In this document: piece by piece, positions 34,356-48,071 of the stretch
Layout of the letters: each line of letters opens with the position of its first letter
Numbering within the stretch: the first letter of the stretch is position 1
Source: Marsupella aquatica
Lineage: Eukaryota > Plantae > Marchantiophyta
NCBI GenBank assembly: GCA_973895155.1
Contig: OZ316891.1
Location: 3,826,018 to 3,890,017 of the forward strand
Direction of reading: 5' to 3'
Length of the DNA stretch: 64,000 nucleotides
The notes under the pieces: generated by a model
What the model saw: only the letters and a program-made list of their open reading frames with translations
Databases searched by the model: none
What the model was told of the DNA's origin: nothing
Program-made: the position numbers and the translations under genes

Positions 34356-37300
34356 AAGGGACTAAAGGAACGACAGTGGGGAGCTAAGGGCTGAAAGAGT
34401 GATAAGGAAAAGTTGTCCAAGCAACCAAGGGGAATACTGGGCATCTTTCCTTAAAATTGTGGCTGGGGATTAATGAAATGGAGTTGAGGCTAATTTGGAG
34501 TAGAAGTAAGAAGTATTGATGAAACTGAATGGACAATTTGAACATTTTTAAGCCACTTATGTCTTCATTCAAAATGGGTTTTGGCTGGACGAAATGGTTT
34601 TGAGCTTCAAGTTTTTGTTGTTCTTTAATTTGAAAGCTTGGTTACTGACCAGTCAATCACAATATAAGACAATTGAGCTGAATTTGGAGTAAGCATATAA
34701 AGACTTTAAAAAGTCATGGAGATTTTGAAGAAATCTTCCCATGTCACCCTTGGTCAAAATGTGGTTGGGAATTCATCAGATGGATTTGAGTCGAATTTGG
34801 GGTAGGAGTGAATAGGATTGAAAATTGGAGTCAGAAGCCATGTTTTCTAGTTTGTAAGGTCTTTTGTGTGATAAACATGGCAGAGAGGGAAGGGCAGGGA
34901 CAGAGGGGCAGAGTAAGGTTTCAGTACATAGTCTTGATGAATTTGCTGACAACCCTCATCAGGCACTAATTTTATCGCAGGTCACCCACGATGCGGACAA
35001 TTGAACCTGACATGGTGTTTTCCTCTGAATTTGAGGAAAAGGCTCTGAAACAGAATACTCGTCAATTTGGTCTTCTCTGCTTCCATAATTCTTCTCGTGT
35101 CTGCTGACTCTTCTTCGTAGTGAAGTCAGTCACCGCCATCAATTGGACCCGTTGGTTCACTTCTTACTAAAAAGTGGCCCCGTCAACACTAGATGGGAGA
35201 GATTTGTTGCCAACGTCGGACAATTCGCACATACCTCTCTGTCTGACTCTGGATTCCTGCTCTCATTGTCAAAATGCTTAACACCTTCGAAATTTGTTCG
35301 CCACTGCTAGTCAGAATGTTTCCCCCTCCCCCCGGAACATTGGTATTTGTCGACAAGACGGTCAAACAATCTCTTTTTACCTTGAATCAAGTCGACTGAT
35401 CCACTCAATGTTGAAACATCCAAGATCGTTCGTCAACAGGGTTTCAGATCCGATTCGACATGCGTTCAAGGCAAACTGTCCGTGAAGACAATAAATCCAG
35501 CAGACACCTATATCAATTCAACTCAACACCTTAGATTGTCATCAATTCAGTTCACGAGATATTGGTCATGGGAGCAGGGGACGGACGTTACAGCTAGGGA
35601 CGGAAGGAGAGAGGTCGATCGTGTTACTGTAGCATTCCCTGGTGTCTATTTCCTTCATTTGAAACAATCTACTCTGCTCGACTGCTCTGCTCTGATCCCC
35701 TCTGTCAGTTTGTGGTCCAGACAATTACAAACCTATAGGTCTCCCTCTTCAGCATTAAGGACGAAAAGCAAAGCATTGATTAAGCCATACCTAGCTGTCC
35801 GCTGCACACTTTTACTGACTCAGGTATTAGTTTAATTACTGGGGGCAAAACCATCTAGTCATAAGTTGAGGAAAAGGGTTATGGTAGAGGAGATCACTGG
35901 GGTTGGGGAGGTCTTGAGTTTGAATCTTGCTAGAGTTGACAACATTCACCCCACCCAAAGTGAGGTTCATTCCTACCCTATTGGGACTTTGAAAAATCTT
36001 GAATTTGCCCAATTGCGTATGTGGGCAGCTGTGTACAGAAGATTGAGTATAGTGGTGAAACATTCAGCCAGACTCTTCCCTGGAGTGTCATTTATGGCAT
36101 TCTTCTAGTCCGCTGCCCGAGTCACAAAAGTTTGTCTTATCTCCACTTTTGGGGTGGGTATTGGTGTAAAAAGCTCTCACCAAGGAAGGTTACGAATCCG
36201 CAACCTCTGCCTTCCCACTCAGCTCAGCTACCCCTATGCCCTGAGCCTGCTGTTAGAAAAATGAAGATCTATTTTTGGTATTTATTTTAATAACTAATAA
36301 ACATCCAGTCTGGGCAGCATCCTACAGGCAACAGACACAGACAGTCGTTAATGGCTTTCCAGGGACCCTAGCCCTGAATTTCCCCTGTGTCTGGATTGCT
36401 TCCATTTGGATCTGGTTAGCCATGCCCTCTGTCCATTCCTCTCTCCTAAGAGTGAGAAGGGAAGATGGAGAGAGGTTTTGATTTGAAAAGAGAGGCGGTT
36501 TGTCCACCAGAGAGAGGCTCCACTCTCAGAGCATCTTCAAGGTGTACACTATTTGCTTACTGTGTACATTAAATATAGCAGAAAAAGTCATCCACTTTTA
36601 GGTTTCTGTATATAGCAAAGATATATGTCAAAAAGCAAGTCCATTGGTTACTGGGTTTTTTAGTATGATCTCCTTACATATGCACCCTTGAATGTTAATC
36701 ATAGGATCTTGGAGAACCCACTAATAAATCCTGCATTCAGTCAATGCACTATAGAGCAACTCACATACACGTCCAGGAACCAAAAAAAACTCAATAAGTT
36801 AGACATGAATAGCTGTAAAGTAAACCGTTGGGGTTGTCTTTTTAGTTGACCTTAGTGGATTTGGTCAACATAGCTTTACAGTAGACCAACCCCGTAAGCA
36901 ACGGAGATGCTCTAAGCTATGGTGTGGAACCTAGAAAAGATCATCCTCGTAGTATATTAGTCAAGAGTAATAAAATAACCCCCTTAGTATATTAGTAGCC
37001 CTGTATTGTTGTTCGGCCTCTGTGACCGCCCCTCTTCCCCCTCCCCCTCCCCCCCCCGCCCATGGTGGAGCTCTGTATTTCCCCAAACACTCCACCATGG
37101 CCTTGTGGTGACAAATGGAAATTTTTGAGTTCATCTGACAAAAAGATATTTGGCTCAAACATATACAACCTTCTATTTAACACAAGCATTAAGTTTGAGT
37201 TGTACATTGTGTTTGAGTTTTGACCCTAATGTGTTATACAGTAAGTATAGAAGACACTAATTGTGAATCATATGACAACTTCAATATTCAACCACAAAGA

Positions 37301-37665
37301 AAATATTTGAACACAATGCCCATCTTCAAACACAATGGCATGCAAGTACCAAAAGTGAAATAAAAACTAATATTCCAACAAAACTCCCTGGGTGCACTAG
37401 CATACTGCCATTTGACTACGCAGTGGCAAAATTTGTGTGTTGGCTCATCTCACATTGGGATTTTTTGGTTTTAATCTTCACTCATCATGAATTTACTTTT
37501 TGTGAGTTTGTGCGCAAAATAGTTTTTGAGAAAAACACCAAAAGAACTCATACTCCAACAATTCACACATATTTTCATTAGCCAGGGGCTCTCTTAAGTA
37601 GAGTGAAATGTGACAAAGACCACTAAATTACATATAGAGTGGAGGCCCTAGTCCAAGATATTTGG

Positions 37666-37994
37666 GGGGTTTCACTTCCACGAAAATGACACATCACGTG
37701 TGACAAAGTATATGATCATTTTATTGGTTCAAAGAGAAGACCTAAGAATTTTCTCAGAAGAACAATATGGTCTTTTAAATTCAATTTTGAGACTTATAAG
37801 AACATTAGGGTCCTTCTAACCAATTTTTTAGAAGATTCCAAGAATATTCCAATTTTACTCTTATAAGTTTCAAAATTGGATTTAAAAGACCCTATTGTTC
37901 TTCTGAGAAAATTCTTAAGTCTTCCCTTCAAACCAATAAAATGACTCTATCTTTTATCACACGTGAGGTGCCATTTTCGTGAAAGTGAAACCCC
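37666..37994. mobile_element. Foldback (long inverted-repeat) derivative of the CTCGGGG MITE family
   Basis: Arms ~37666-37801 and ~37859-37994 (ggggtttcac... / ...gtgaaacccc) are reverse complements of each other. The arm sequence matches 51505-51650. Confidence 0.8.
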
Positions 37995-38646
37995 AAGAGA
38001 CAGTTTACCAATGTGCTTTGAGTTAAACAAAAACAAATTAAGGTGAGAACATTCACAATTTTTCAAAAACAACATGAGAGATATTGTGAAAAGTTTGTAT
38101 CCCCTGTCAGTCTAGGGGTCATATATATTAACACTTTGTTGACATGCTTGAATCAACAATCACAAAAAACAATTTCCAGTTCAAACAAAATTCATTTAGT
38201 CACCAAATAAATGTTGGGGTTTATAAAAAATAGCATTTTGTAGATTTATGGCGCCCCAAGTATGTAGTGTCGCCCTGTGCAACAGAGGTAAGCTCAATGG
38301 CAACTATTATGTAAACAGTGTATTTTTTGGAGTACTACAAAATTACGGAATTTTTAGGATTTTGGACAGCCTACCACCCAAGGGGCCTGATCAAGCCCTC
38401 AATCCATCTTTGTGGTCAATCAAGTCCACAAGATGCTAAAGGGGGCCCTTTAAGTCCTTTCCTGAAACTCTTCTAGGGTAAAATATCTTACCTGTTGTAA
38501 AATTTGTACTCTGATTGCCGGACTTTTCTAATCCAGCAATGTTCTAAATAATCCTGTCCAACAACTCTTTTTCTTTCTCAATTTGTGCAAGTTCAATTGA
38601 ATCCAAAATCATGGGAAATATATATTATTTGGGGCTGAGCGACAGA

Positions 38647-38769
38647 TTGGTCATTTTCGAACTGTAACTGGATTTGGTTTCTACATACATTATTGGTCAA
38701 ATATTGTTTGGTCATTTTCGAACTGTAACTGGATTTGGTTTCTACATACATTATTGGTCAAATATTGTT
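38647..38769. repeat. Perfect 61-bp tandem duplication
   Basis: ttggtcattttcgaactgtaactggatttggtttctacatacattattggtcaaatattgt occurs twice. Confidence 0.92.
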
Positions 38770-40378
38770 CTTGATATGTTGGAGATAATACGGACTTCTA
38801 GAATGGTTAAGTATATGATCATAATTTTTTAGGATTTGAAGTTTTTGATTTGAGAGTATCTAAATTTTGAATTCAATGTTGGATATTCTTCCTATCCAAC
38901 ATTGACATTGAATTCAAAATTCAAGTCCAGATAATACACTTTGTGTTTTTGGGTCACACTTCTCAACTGGTCTGTCACCGGCTGCATTAGGTCACTGAGT
39001 TAGGTCACTGAGTGCAGAGACATTGGGGCAACAACGATTTCAGAACTGATGAATTTGAATTATTTTCAAATACTTTTGTTACATGACTAAAAACATACAG
39101 AAAATGCCAATACTCAAAATTAATATTCAATAGCCTTATGATTTTTATAATGCAAATGTCATTTATTATAACCCTTAGATTAGAAAACACGACTTATAAG
39201 AATTAATCCTAAAACATATTTGTGTGCATGTCTTTTCTTTACTACAGAAAAGTGGGGCCCTAGATATCTCATAGCAGCACCTAAAATCCTCATCATCTTC
39301 GTTGCAATTATGGTTTCATGGGTCAGACAAATAGATAGCAGGGTTCTGAATTGCTTCAGACCCCACCGGCATGGCCATGATCACCTAAGTCTGACCCATG
39401 ATCAATGCTAGAAACTTGTCTTGATGTACCACTAGCACATGCCCACTGGGCAAAAACTGCCATAACGTGGTGACTATAAGTGATTTCCCTGAGCTACAAG
39501 ATGCATCGTGAAGCTAGCAAAGAGCTTGACAAGTGCGTTGAGCTATTGTTGACGTGAGGTTTGAGGTCAGCACACAACAGGAAGACACCTTGCATAGAAA
39601 AAGAGTAACAGGGACTAAGTTCCCAATGGGACGAGTGTAGTACATATCAAAACAACCATGCATTGGCCATCATGAGAAATGTATTATTTTACAAACTTAT
39701 CCTTTCCATCCTTGATCAAGTCACATTCAAGAATGTGCTATAATCATTTTGAAAAGAGAATTTGCTGTTAGTGATACGAACTTTTTGGATAAAGCTCACA
39801 ATGTTCGGAGCATGATTGCATGAGGTTTCGGGAGCTTGCATAGGTGCACTTTAGTGTATGGCAGCTTCTGCACATACCACCTCTTTCAGGGTGAGTCTCT
39901 AAAATTAGAAAGCTACCTTCACAGGGTCTAGTAAATCGAGGTACTGTGTATACGTGTATACCTAGACGGGATTGTGGACAGGTCCAAAGGCTAGGATTGA
40001 AGAGGGTCAAGACAATAGCGAAATATGTCCACCTCAAATTACAAACGATAACATGCCCTCTCACTTTGTTTCGAGCGGTCCTCTTACATATTTGCAGGGC
40101 CAAATAAAACTGGAAAGCAAACAAGCAGGCGCAAAGTGAATGAAAGGACGAGGCAAAAGTAATAAAGAAAAAAGGGAGGGGATCCAGGAGAAAGGATAGC
40201 CTGGGGGTGAGGGGAGGATCAAGGAGAATTTGTCCTTCTGGAACCTCCCAAGCCGTGATCTACTCATATCAATCCTGACATATCCTATTTGTCACATTTT
40301 GCCAATATCCTTGAGTTCTTTAGGACAGTTGCCATACACTACAAAGCCAAAGTTAAATATTTTATTATAGACATGTTA

Positions 40379-41110
40379 CTAGCCCAATACATGTGCGTTG
40401 CATATAAGATGTGGAGGTGAGAAAAACATGTTCATGTGAGAAAAAGATGTAGAGGAGAGAAAAAAGATGTTGAGGTGAGAAAATATTTTGAGGTGAGAAA
40501 AAGATGTCAAGGAGAGGAAAAAAATTTGAGGTGAGGAAAAGATGTTGAGAAAAGAAACGGATGTTGAGGAAAGAGAAAAAATGTCAAGGCAAGGCAAATA
40601 TATTGATTGAGGCAAGAAAAGATGTTCACACAAAAAAAGAGGTTAAGGCCAAAAAAAGATGTCAAAGAAGGGCAAAGACATTGAGTAAAAAAAGATGTTG
40701 AGTAAAGAAAAGATGTTGAGGCAAGGCAAAGATGTCAAGGTGAAGAAAAAAATAGAGGCTTTGTGATGTACATATATACATTGAGGCATGTTATGTCTCA
40801 TTGCAGCCATGTCAAGGCAAGGCAAAGTTGTTGAGGTGAGGCAAAGATGTTGAGGCAAGATGTTGCAGTGAGATCAAAATGTTCAGGCGAGGCAAAGAAA
40901 TCCAAATTCGCCAAAGAAATGTAAACAATGCAAAGAAATGCAAGTAGGGCAAAGAAAGTTGTTGAAAAATCTCAAATGTTGATGCGACCATGTTGTCATT
41001 GTTGTGATAGCTAAGTTGTTGAGGAGAGCAAGGATGTGGGAGGGTGAGAGGGAGTGCAAGAGAGGTGATGGCCCCTTGGGGCTTTGCGGGGTCAAGGTGT
41101 GGTCGCACAC
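40379..41110 (-). mobile_element. Probable non-autonomous Helitron 3' end with internal AAAAGATGTTGAGG minisatellite (5' boundary uncertain)
   Basis: The minus strand reads ...ATATGCAACGCACATGTATTGGG-CTAG|T, a decayed TGCAACGCA hairpin followed by CTAG|T, typical of plant Helitron 3' ends. An ~18-20 bp repeat array is adjacent at 40408-40990. Confidence 0.5.
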
Positions 41111-42579
41111 CAGGTCTCACAATGCTATTGGGAGGGGAACAATTTAATTGTTCTCTTCCCTTTTTTCCTATTTATTCACTCCCTTGCCGCTTCATTCCTC
41201 CCCTTCTTACTTACCTTCGGCACCATAAAAATGCAAAATAAAAGAAAGTGAAGTAAAAAAGGGAGTTAAAAGCAAAATTAACCCATTTTTCTTCTTTTTA
41301 AAGTTTCATAATTACACTCTATGCAAAAATCCAAAATTTTTATCACGCCCCAAAAGTTTCTCGTTCCTATGTGTGTACTTTAATAAAAGGAAAAGCAACA
41401 TTCAAAATGATTTCACATAAGGTGGAATGATCACATTCTGCACTTTGGGTGATGTCATATAAGAATCATGGCATGTACTCTGTATTGTACTATAGTGAGA
41501 CGGTATATCACTTGTCACTCCTGGTCAATCAATCCAAGAGTACACAATTTTTTTTAAAAAATTCTGACGGCTTAGGTTGATCCATTCCATTTTCAATTGT
41601 ATAAGTAGATGAAACAACTTTTTGGCAGCATTGCATATTGTAGAAGGAGAAGTGGGCCATTTTGCCACTTTTTCAGCCACTTTTTCTCAGGGAAGCCGAT
41701 ATAGAGCCTCTTATTAGCCTCCGGCCGAGTGCTCTGACCTTGCCCCTAATGCTTGACCAGTACCTTTGCCCATCTTTTGCTTTTTCTCGGGCACGCACAT
41801 TCTGCCAATGAACTACCTTCTTTACATAGCAACTTGTTTTGCATGCCAATGTCTTTTCCTCGACAACATCTTTTGGACAATAATGTCTGTTACACAAAGA
41901 AACCATAGCACAACAATCAATTTTGTGAAAAGATATCTTTTATGTCTTTATATTAACAATATTTTTTTAGTAACAACATCTTTTCGGCAACAGCACCTTG
42001 TACACAATGACACGTTTTCAGCAAGGACAACTTTTTTACTCATCACCATTGTTTGAATAACAATATTTTTATGCATCAGCATGTCTTCTGAGGGACGCAC
42101 AAGTATGGAGAAAATATTAATAAAACTTCCAACTTATTCGATCTACTGAGTTGGTCCGCCTCTCTAGAGGCACCAAGTGTAACTTGGGATTTGTTTCCAT
42201 ATAGCATGTTCATCTTGGAAGATCTAATAAAAGTGTAGTAAAAGTACACATGTAAAGAAAAATAAGAATGAACAGAAAAAGTTTAAGTCTATTATATTGG
42301 GTGTGCACATACTATATACCAGTAGAAATATTTATGTATTTACCTTAGGTAATGACACTCAAATTAATCAAAATCATAAATTTAGAACAAACCATGAATA
42401 GAATTTAAAGACACAAGGAGCTCACTTTATTTATATCATTTCTTCTTCACTGGTGATAATAAGGGCTAGAAATTCAGTGAGCTTTGTTAAAGGGTGGATG
42501 ATCTTAAATATAGCAAAGATTAAAAAATTTAGAGGGGTGCGAGAATAAATTCAAAATCTATATAAACTATACAAGGGAT

Positions 42580-42830
42580 CAGTGTTTTTTTTAGTGGCAA
42601 ACCTAGATTCAACCTCCACAAAAATCCTTCGCCACTATTTTTCTGGCCCATTAGCCAGTGTTTCACCTAATCCCAGGCCCCATTAGCAAGAATCTAACGG
42701 TCAGCCTTAAATCTAGGGAGATCTGACGGTCAGGAAAATAATTAAATAGGGAATCTTCTGAGCATCTTCTCCCTCACACACTTTACATTCGCACTCTGGC
42801 TAAAAAGTGACATCCTTAAAAAATACACTG
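42580..42830. mobile_element. hAT-type MITE
   Basis: TIRs CAGTGTTTTTTT / AAAAAATACACTG, with a perfect 8-bp TSD CAAGGGAT at 42572-79 and 42831-38. Confidence 0.85.
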
Positions 42831-43392
42831 CAAGGGATGCACCTTGGTAAAACACATTGAAATAAATACATAACAAAAGAAATTTTAATAAGATAAAATA
42901 GTGAAAGTTGCATTCACCATTAGAGCAGTTTCATAATTTGTCTAATTTCCATAAATCTTCCCAACTTCAAACACAAGGCAGCTTGTTCATTTGTAAATGA
43001 TCGGCACTTGTCCTGACTAATCGGCCCTTTTGACTACTGTAGTCATTACCCTTGTTAATGAGGTGAAATTAAGTTTAATATAAAATTCGTGGGTAGACAA
43101 GCCTTAAGTACTCATTAAAGATCTGAGAACAAAAATGTCCGGTTTGTCACATTGTCGTCAGATGAAATTCTGTACGTGCCATTGCTTACTCCGATTCAAG
43201 ATTATGATTCTGCCATCTGAATATGGTGTAAGGCACCATTTCCTCACATCTATTGGCTGCACTTTGTGCAATAGTTCTGATGGGGCCCAAAAAAGGCCCA
43301 GGATATACTTGATGTACTGCATGAACTTGACTGCAATACTTTGTATGATGGAACGTAGACTTGGTGTAACTAGGCCCCACTATATTGTCATG

Positions 43393-44670
43393 ATGACTTA
43401 CAGTGAGGTAGTCAGATGGTCAACGATTCGGCTAATTGTAGCACTTGCGGCTGCATTTGGCTGGCCTCTACTTCATATGGACTTAGTAATTGCATTTCTG
43501 AATAGCACTCTGAAGGGACTCATTTGAAGAACTCGTTTGTTTGTTACACAGGTCTATCTACTGACTCAAACAAATTCCCAGGACGTGGTAGGAAGAAATG
43601 GACGCCTTCCTTTGGTCAGCCGGGTGTATGAGGAGTTTACTCGACCCCAATCTCTATTTCAAGGTACAGGACAACAAAACAGCAATTATTCTACTTTTCG
43701 TAGATGATCTGCTCATCACAGGGAGCGGCACTCAGCTAATTGCAGAACCCAATCTACAGCTTCAAGCCACGTACGAGATGAAGGATCTTGGATCTGCTCA
43801 TCGCCAATTTGGGAGTGGATATCCTCAACTCCACTGAAGGTGTTCTTCTTCACCAGCAATTCTACGCCAATCAGTTGGTCCACGAATACTGCATGGAAAG
43901 CTGCCAGCCTGCGGCGACACCTCTACCAGAAGGATTGGAACTATCCCGACATTGACATGACAACGTACTGCAAGCTAGTAGGCAAGCTTATATCACTCAC
44001 TAACACTTGACCCGGCACCTCTTTTTCTCCACGCTTAGTCAGCAAATTCATGAGTGTAACTCAGCAATCACACTTCGACGCTGCCATGCATATTGACACG
44101 TATATCAAAGGAACCACCGATCATGGCGTGTTCTCTGTGAAAGGTGGATCCCTGGAGATCAAAGGGTACACTGATGCAGATTGAGGAAACTCCTGTCCCG
44201 GCATACAAAGATCAACTGGAGGGTATGTGCACAAGATGGAGCAGCAAGCGACAGTCCACTGTCTCACGATCAACCACTGAAGCAGAATACCGGGCTCTAT
44301 CCGAAAAGACTGGTTGAGGAACTCCAGCACAGCAAAATCGCACCAAGCAACATCAAGCACAAAAACCTTGACATCTCTGAAGATCTCAAGAAATACTCAG
44401 AACCCACTCTTCAGGACTGCACATTCACTGTGACAACACAACATCAGCGCAATTAAACTAGCCAAAAACCCGGTCAGTCATGTGAGGACCAAGCATCTTG
44501 AGATTCATCATCACTTCATTAGAGAGAGTGTATTTGAAGCGGAACTGGAAGGTGAAATTTCAATTCAACACGTGAAGTCCAAAGAGCAGGTCGCTGACAA
44601 TGTTACCAAGGCACTTTCAAAAGCAAAGTTCAACAGAAACAGAGATCAATTAGGTATGAAACCTCTTGCT
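43393..44670 (+). mobile_element. Decayed Ty1/Copia retrotransposon RT-RNase H fragment
   Basis: Frameshifted or stopped pieces: TYSEVVRWSTIRLIVALAA..GWPLLHMDLVIAFLNS, DPNLYF, LLFVDDLLITG, YEMKDLG, GYTDAD, RTKHLEIHHHFIRE, EQVADNVTKALS. Confidence 0.9.
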
Positions 44671-47600
44671 CAAATCGAGCAAGTAGAATTTAGATCAAAT
44701 GCATCGCAGCAAGTACATCATCCCATCGCTCTCCGATAAATGCGTCTACCGTCTCTGATCCTCGGTTGTCCCAGCCAGGTCTAGGTCCATTACGGTACAT
44801 ATAAGTTTCTTCCTCCTGCCTATTCGGACTAAAGGATGTAAACTTATTTCCTCTGAAGCCGCTGACCAATGGCTCATTCCCTGGGCGATGTCCTCTCGCT
44901 ACTGCGTAGTGTCGTCGAGGAGGATCCACTGCGGCACTCAACTCTGATGCAACCGGAAACCCCATTACTGGCAGCCTCCATTAGTCCACGTTCCCCGTCA
45001 TCTCCACCAACTGTGAATCGGATTGCCAGCGAAGTAGAACTGAGATTTTTTCACGAGGAGAAGGTGAGAGTCACATATTTTGCACAAGAAAAGGCAGCTT
45101 CATAAAATCACAGGGAACACAGAGTAGTTTTGACTGCTGGTGTTTGACCAACTGCAACCCTTTGAAGATGGAAGCTTTTAGATGTTAACTGACCGGCTCT
45201 TTAGACTTCGTATCCTAATGTGGTTCAGGGCTCGACTTTCGAAGAGCTTGGCACCTATGAGCGACCAGCTCAAAATCGTCGTAGTCATCCGCCCAGGGAT
45301 CTTGCCAATCTAGGTTGGCCCAGATGTCGTTCCGTTAAAATCCGTCAAAATGAGCCACAATCATCCAGCTCGGCCCTGATTTGCTGAAGCTCAACATATC
45401 ATCATAGAGAGCCAGTATCTTGCCACCCTTGGTAGGCCTTGATTTCTCATTAATTAAATACCCTCGATCATACTGTAACCCATAACTTGCCACTCTGTAG
45501 GTATGCTCTGAATTCGTTTGGATCGATTCCTTTGAAATCGGAGATCTAGTCAGTCCACCCCGCCCCGATTCCTCTTGTTCAAATTACGCGAAAATCTCAA
45601 ACTCAGAGATGCCGCTGTAGCTAGCTAGGCCCTCACTTTTTCCAGCTCAAAATTAAGAATAGTAAATACCTCTCCAATATCCCTCACTGGATCTGATCCT
45701 TTCAGTTTATTGGATTGCCTAGATTGGTGCCAATAATTGTTATTTGACATCTTGTACTTTTAATGTATCGGTCAGTATTTGTTAGTGTTGGGGACCTAAG
45801 GTGATTCGTCCTTTGGCAGGCGACCAATCTTCAGCTACGCCCAGCAGCGTCGGAAATTCTTTGAGAAAAACCCGTTTCAAAATCGTCAGTAGTGAGCCAA
45901 GACCTCGTCACTCCCGTCGGTTTGCAGAACTTGCCTTCGAGTTCAAAACGAAAAACAGAAGATTAGACGCATCGTTGTCAATATTAACGAATATCTGCCC
46001 ATTGAAGGAAACATCTCATGTTCTGATGCCACGCCAGCTTTCCTAGTAACTTCCTGGAGTTCGGGAACCATTCTGTTTGCATCAAAGGCAAAAAGCGCAT
46101 CAGAATTTATACATCAAAGAAAAACAAAGTGCAAAGGAAAGAGGACAAACACCTAACCAAAAAGTGCAAACCTCAAAAAATCCAATAAAAAGAGAAAAGT
46201 GTCAAAGGACTTAATATTTTGCTGGGCTCTCCTTCATTGTGCCTTTTGTCTGTGGGACCCGTCTCCCTTTGCCTGTGGGACCTGTCTCCAATTTTGGGTG
46301 CGTCTTGTTTTTTGCAGTTTGATATATTCGAGAAAGACAAAGTGGGGGTCACATTGACCTGGCAATCAGGGCACCTATCACAGGCATATAGCAGCTCCAC
46401 GTCTCGCTCCAAGACAGTGTCGTTGGTAACACGTAGGTTTCATAGCCAGAAGGCCTACTGAGTAGACTTATAGGCTTTTCGAAGTGTATAATGGCTACTG
46501 AAACCTAGGGTGAAACCTTTAGGGCGTAACTAAAGTAAACTAGCCTGGGTTGCTTTGCCTTTGGGACCCTGTCTCCCGGTTTGGCTGTTGTGCTTTTTGG
46601 CACTTTGATATATACTACAGTACCCCTTCTCGTGAACTTAGAATATAGTTGAGTGTAAGAAACCTTGCAAGAAAAAGAGTCCTTCATTATTCACACTGAT
46701 TTCTGATTTGTCCTCATATGAAAATTCCTCCTTACACTACAAGGCCTGCAACAGGCACGGCTCAAATCCGAAACCTCCCATCGCTAAATTTTCCTTCTGC
46801 AAAAAAATACAATTGTTAATTATAATCATATTTTATGGTGGTTGTTTATCTCCAATAAGGGCACACTCTATATAAAATCATCAGCATTAATATTTGTCAT
46901 TCTTGTGGACAGCATTATTGTTAGTATCTCATATGTGAATAATCATTTACTCGTTCCCTCATTTTTCTCTCTATTGGTTTAGCCTTATTAACATGATATC
47001 AAAATATTGAGAGTTTTTATGGTAACTCTTGAGAATAATTTCAACTCATCAAGATAGAATAGATGTTGACATGATTCTCAAGAGTGACTCTTTAGACTAC
47101 TCATGTTCCAGGGCTAGCCAGCTCAATTCAAGATTGTTTTGCACTTGTGCAAGTGCTACCCAAGACTCAACTGAAATGGAAGTGCTCCTCATTCCGGATG
47201 AGAGCAACTCCAATCCAACAGGGTTTTGCTTATTGGGTACATTAAATACGCAGTCTATCCTAATATACTTAGTTCATTGTATGTATCTTTAGAGGCAATT
47301 GAAAAGGAGCCCCAACCCTAGGGGGTAATCTTCCCTAAGTAAACAGCAGGTATCAACAGCTGGTAGCCATAGATTGAGATATTGAAAACCCAACAACAAT
47401 TTAACATAGAGTCAGCTATGGTAGAAACTTTCCCATACACAGATCCAGTAACCAAAATACCACTTTCTTGAATCTTAGATAGCATTAGTGTGAGTGGGTT
47501 GGACCTGACTTTTTAGATTTTCTTTATTGGGTTTGGTCAACACCTAGTTACAATAGCAAAACCCAGTTGGGTTGGAGACACTCTAAGAAAGGCTCCAAGA

Positions 47601-47814
47601 TTTTAAACCAAAGGTTTTAGTTACCAATCATGATCCTGACAACAATGTTTGCCAGAGTGAAGGTCTACTGCACTACTTAGAGGGCATTCATTTCATTCTT
47701 TGGTTGTTGTGGGGGTCTCCCTGACTTGTTGGGCCTCTTTGGTTGCTTGTGAACTTTCCTGTTATTCCACTTCACTCCCTTTATTGGGACTTTTTGCTTT
47801 TGGGATCCCCTTCC

Positions 47815-48071
47815 CAGTGTATTTTCTAAGGTTTTTTATTTTTAGCCAGTGTGGTGAATGTTTGCTTCTCTAAGGGAGTAAATTCTAGAAATATTCTCTA
47901 TCATATTTTACTGAATTAAATTGTGACCGTCAAGTATCCCTAGATTTAAGAAGGACCGTTAGATTCTAATGGCTAATGGTGTCAGAAAAACGTAGCCAAT
48001 ATTAACCAAAAGTGGCGAAAAAAATTTGGGACATGGAATTTGGCTAAAATTCGCACTTCAAAAATACGCTG
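47815..48071. mobile_element. hAT-type MITE, same family as 42580-42830, opposite orientation
   Basis: TIRs CAGTGTATTTT / AAAAATACGCTG, with a perfect TSD CCCCTTCC at 47807-14 and 48072-79. The internal gaccgttagattct/ccctagatttaag block is the reverse complement of ~42690-42720. Confidence 0.85.
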
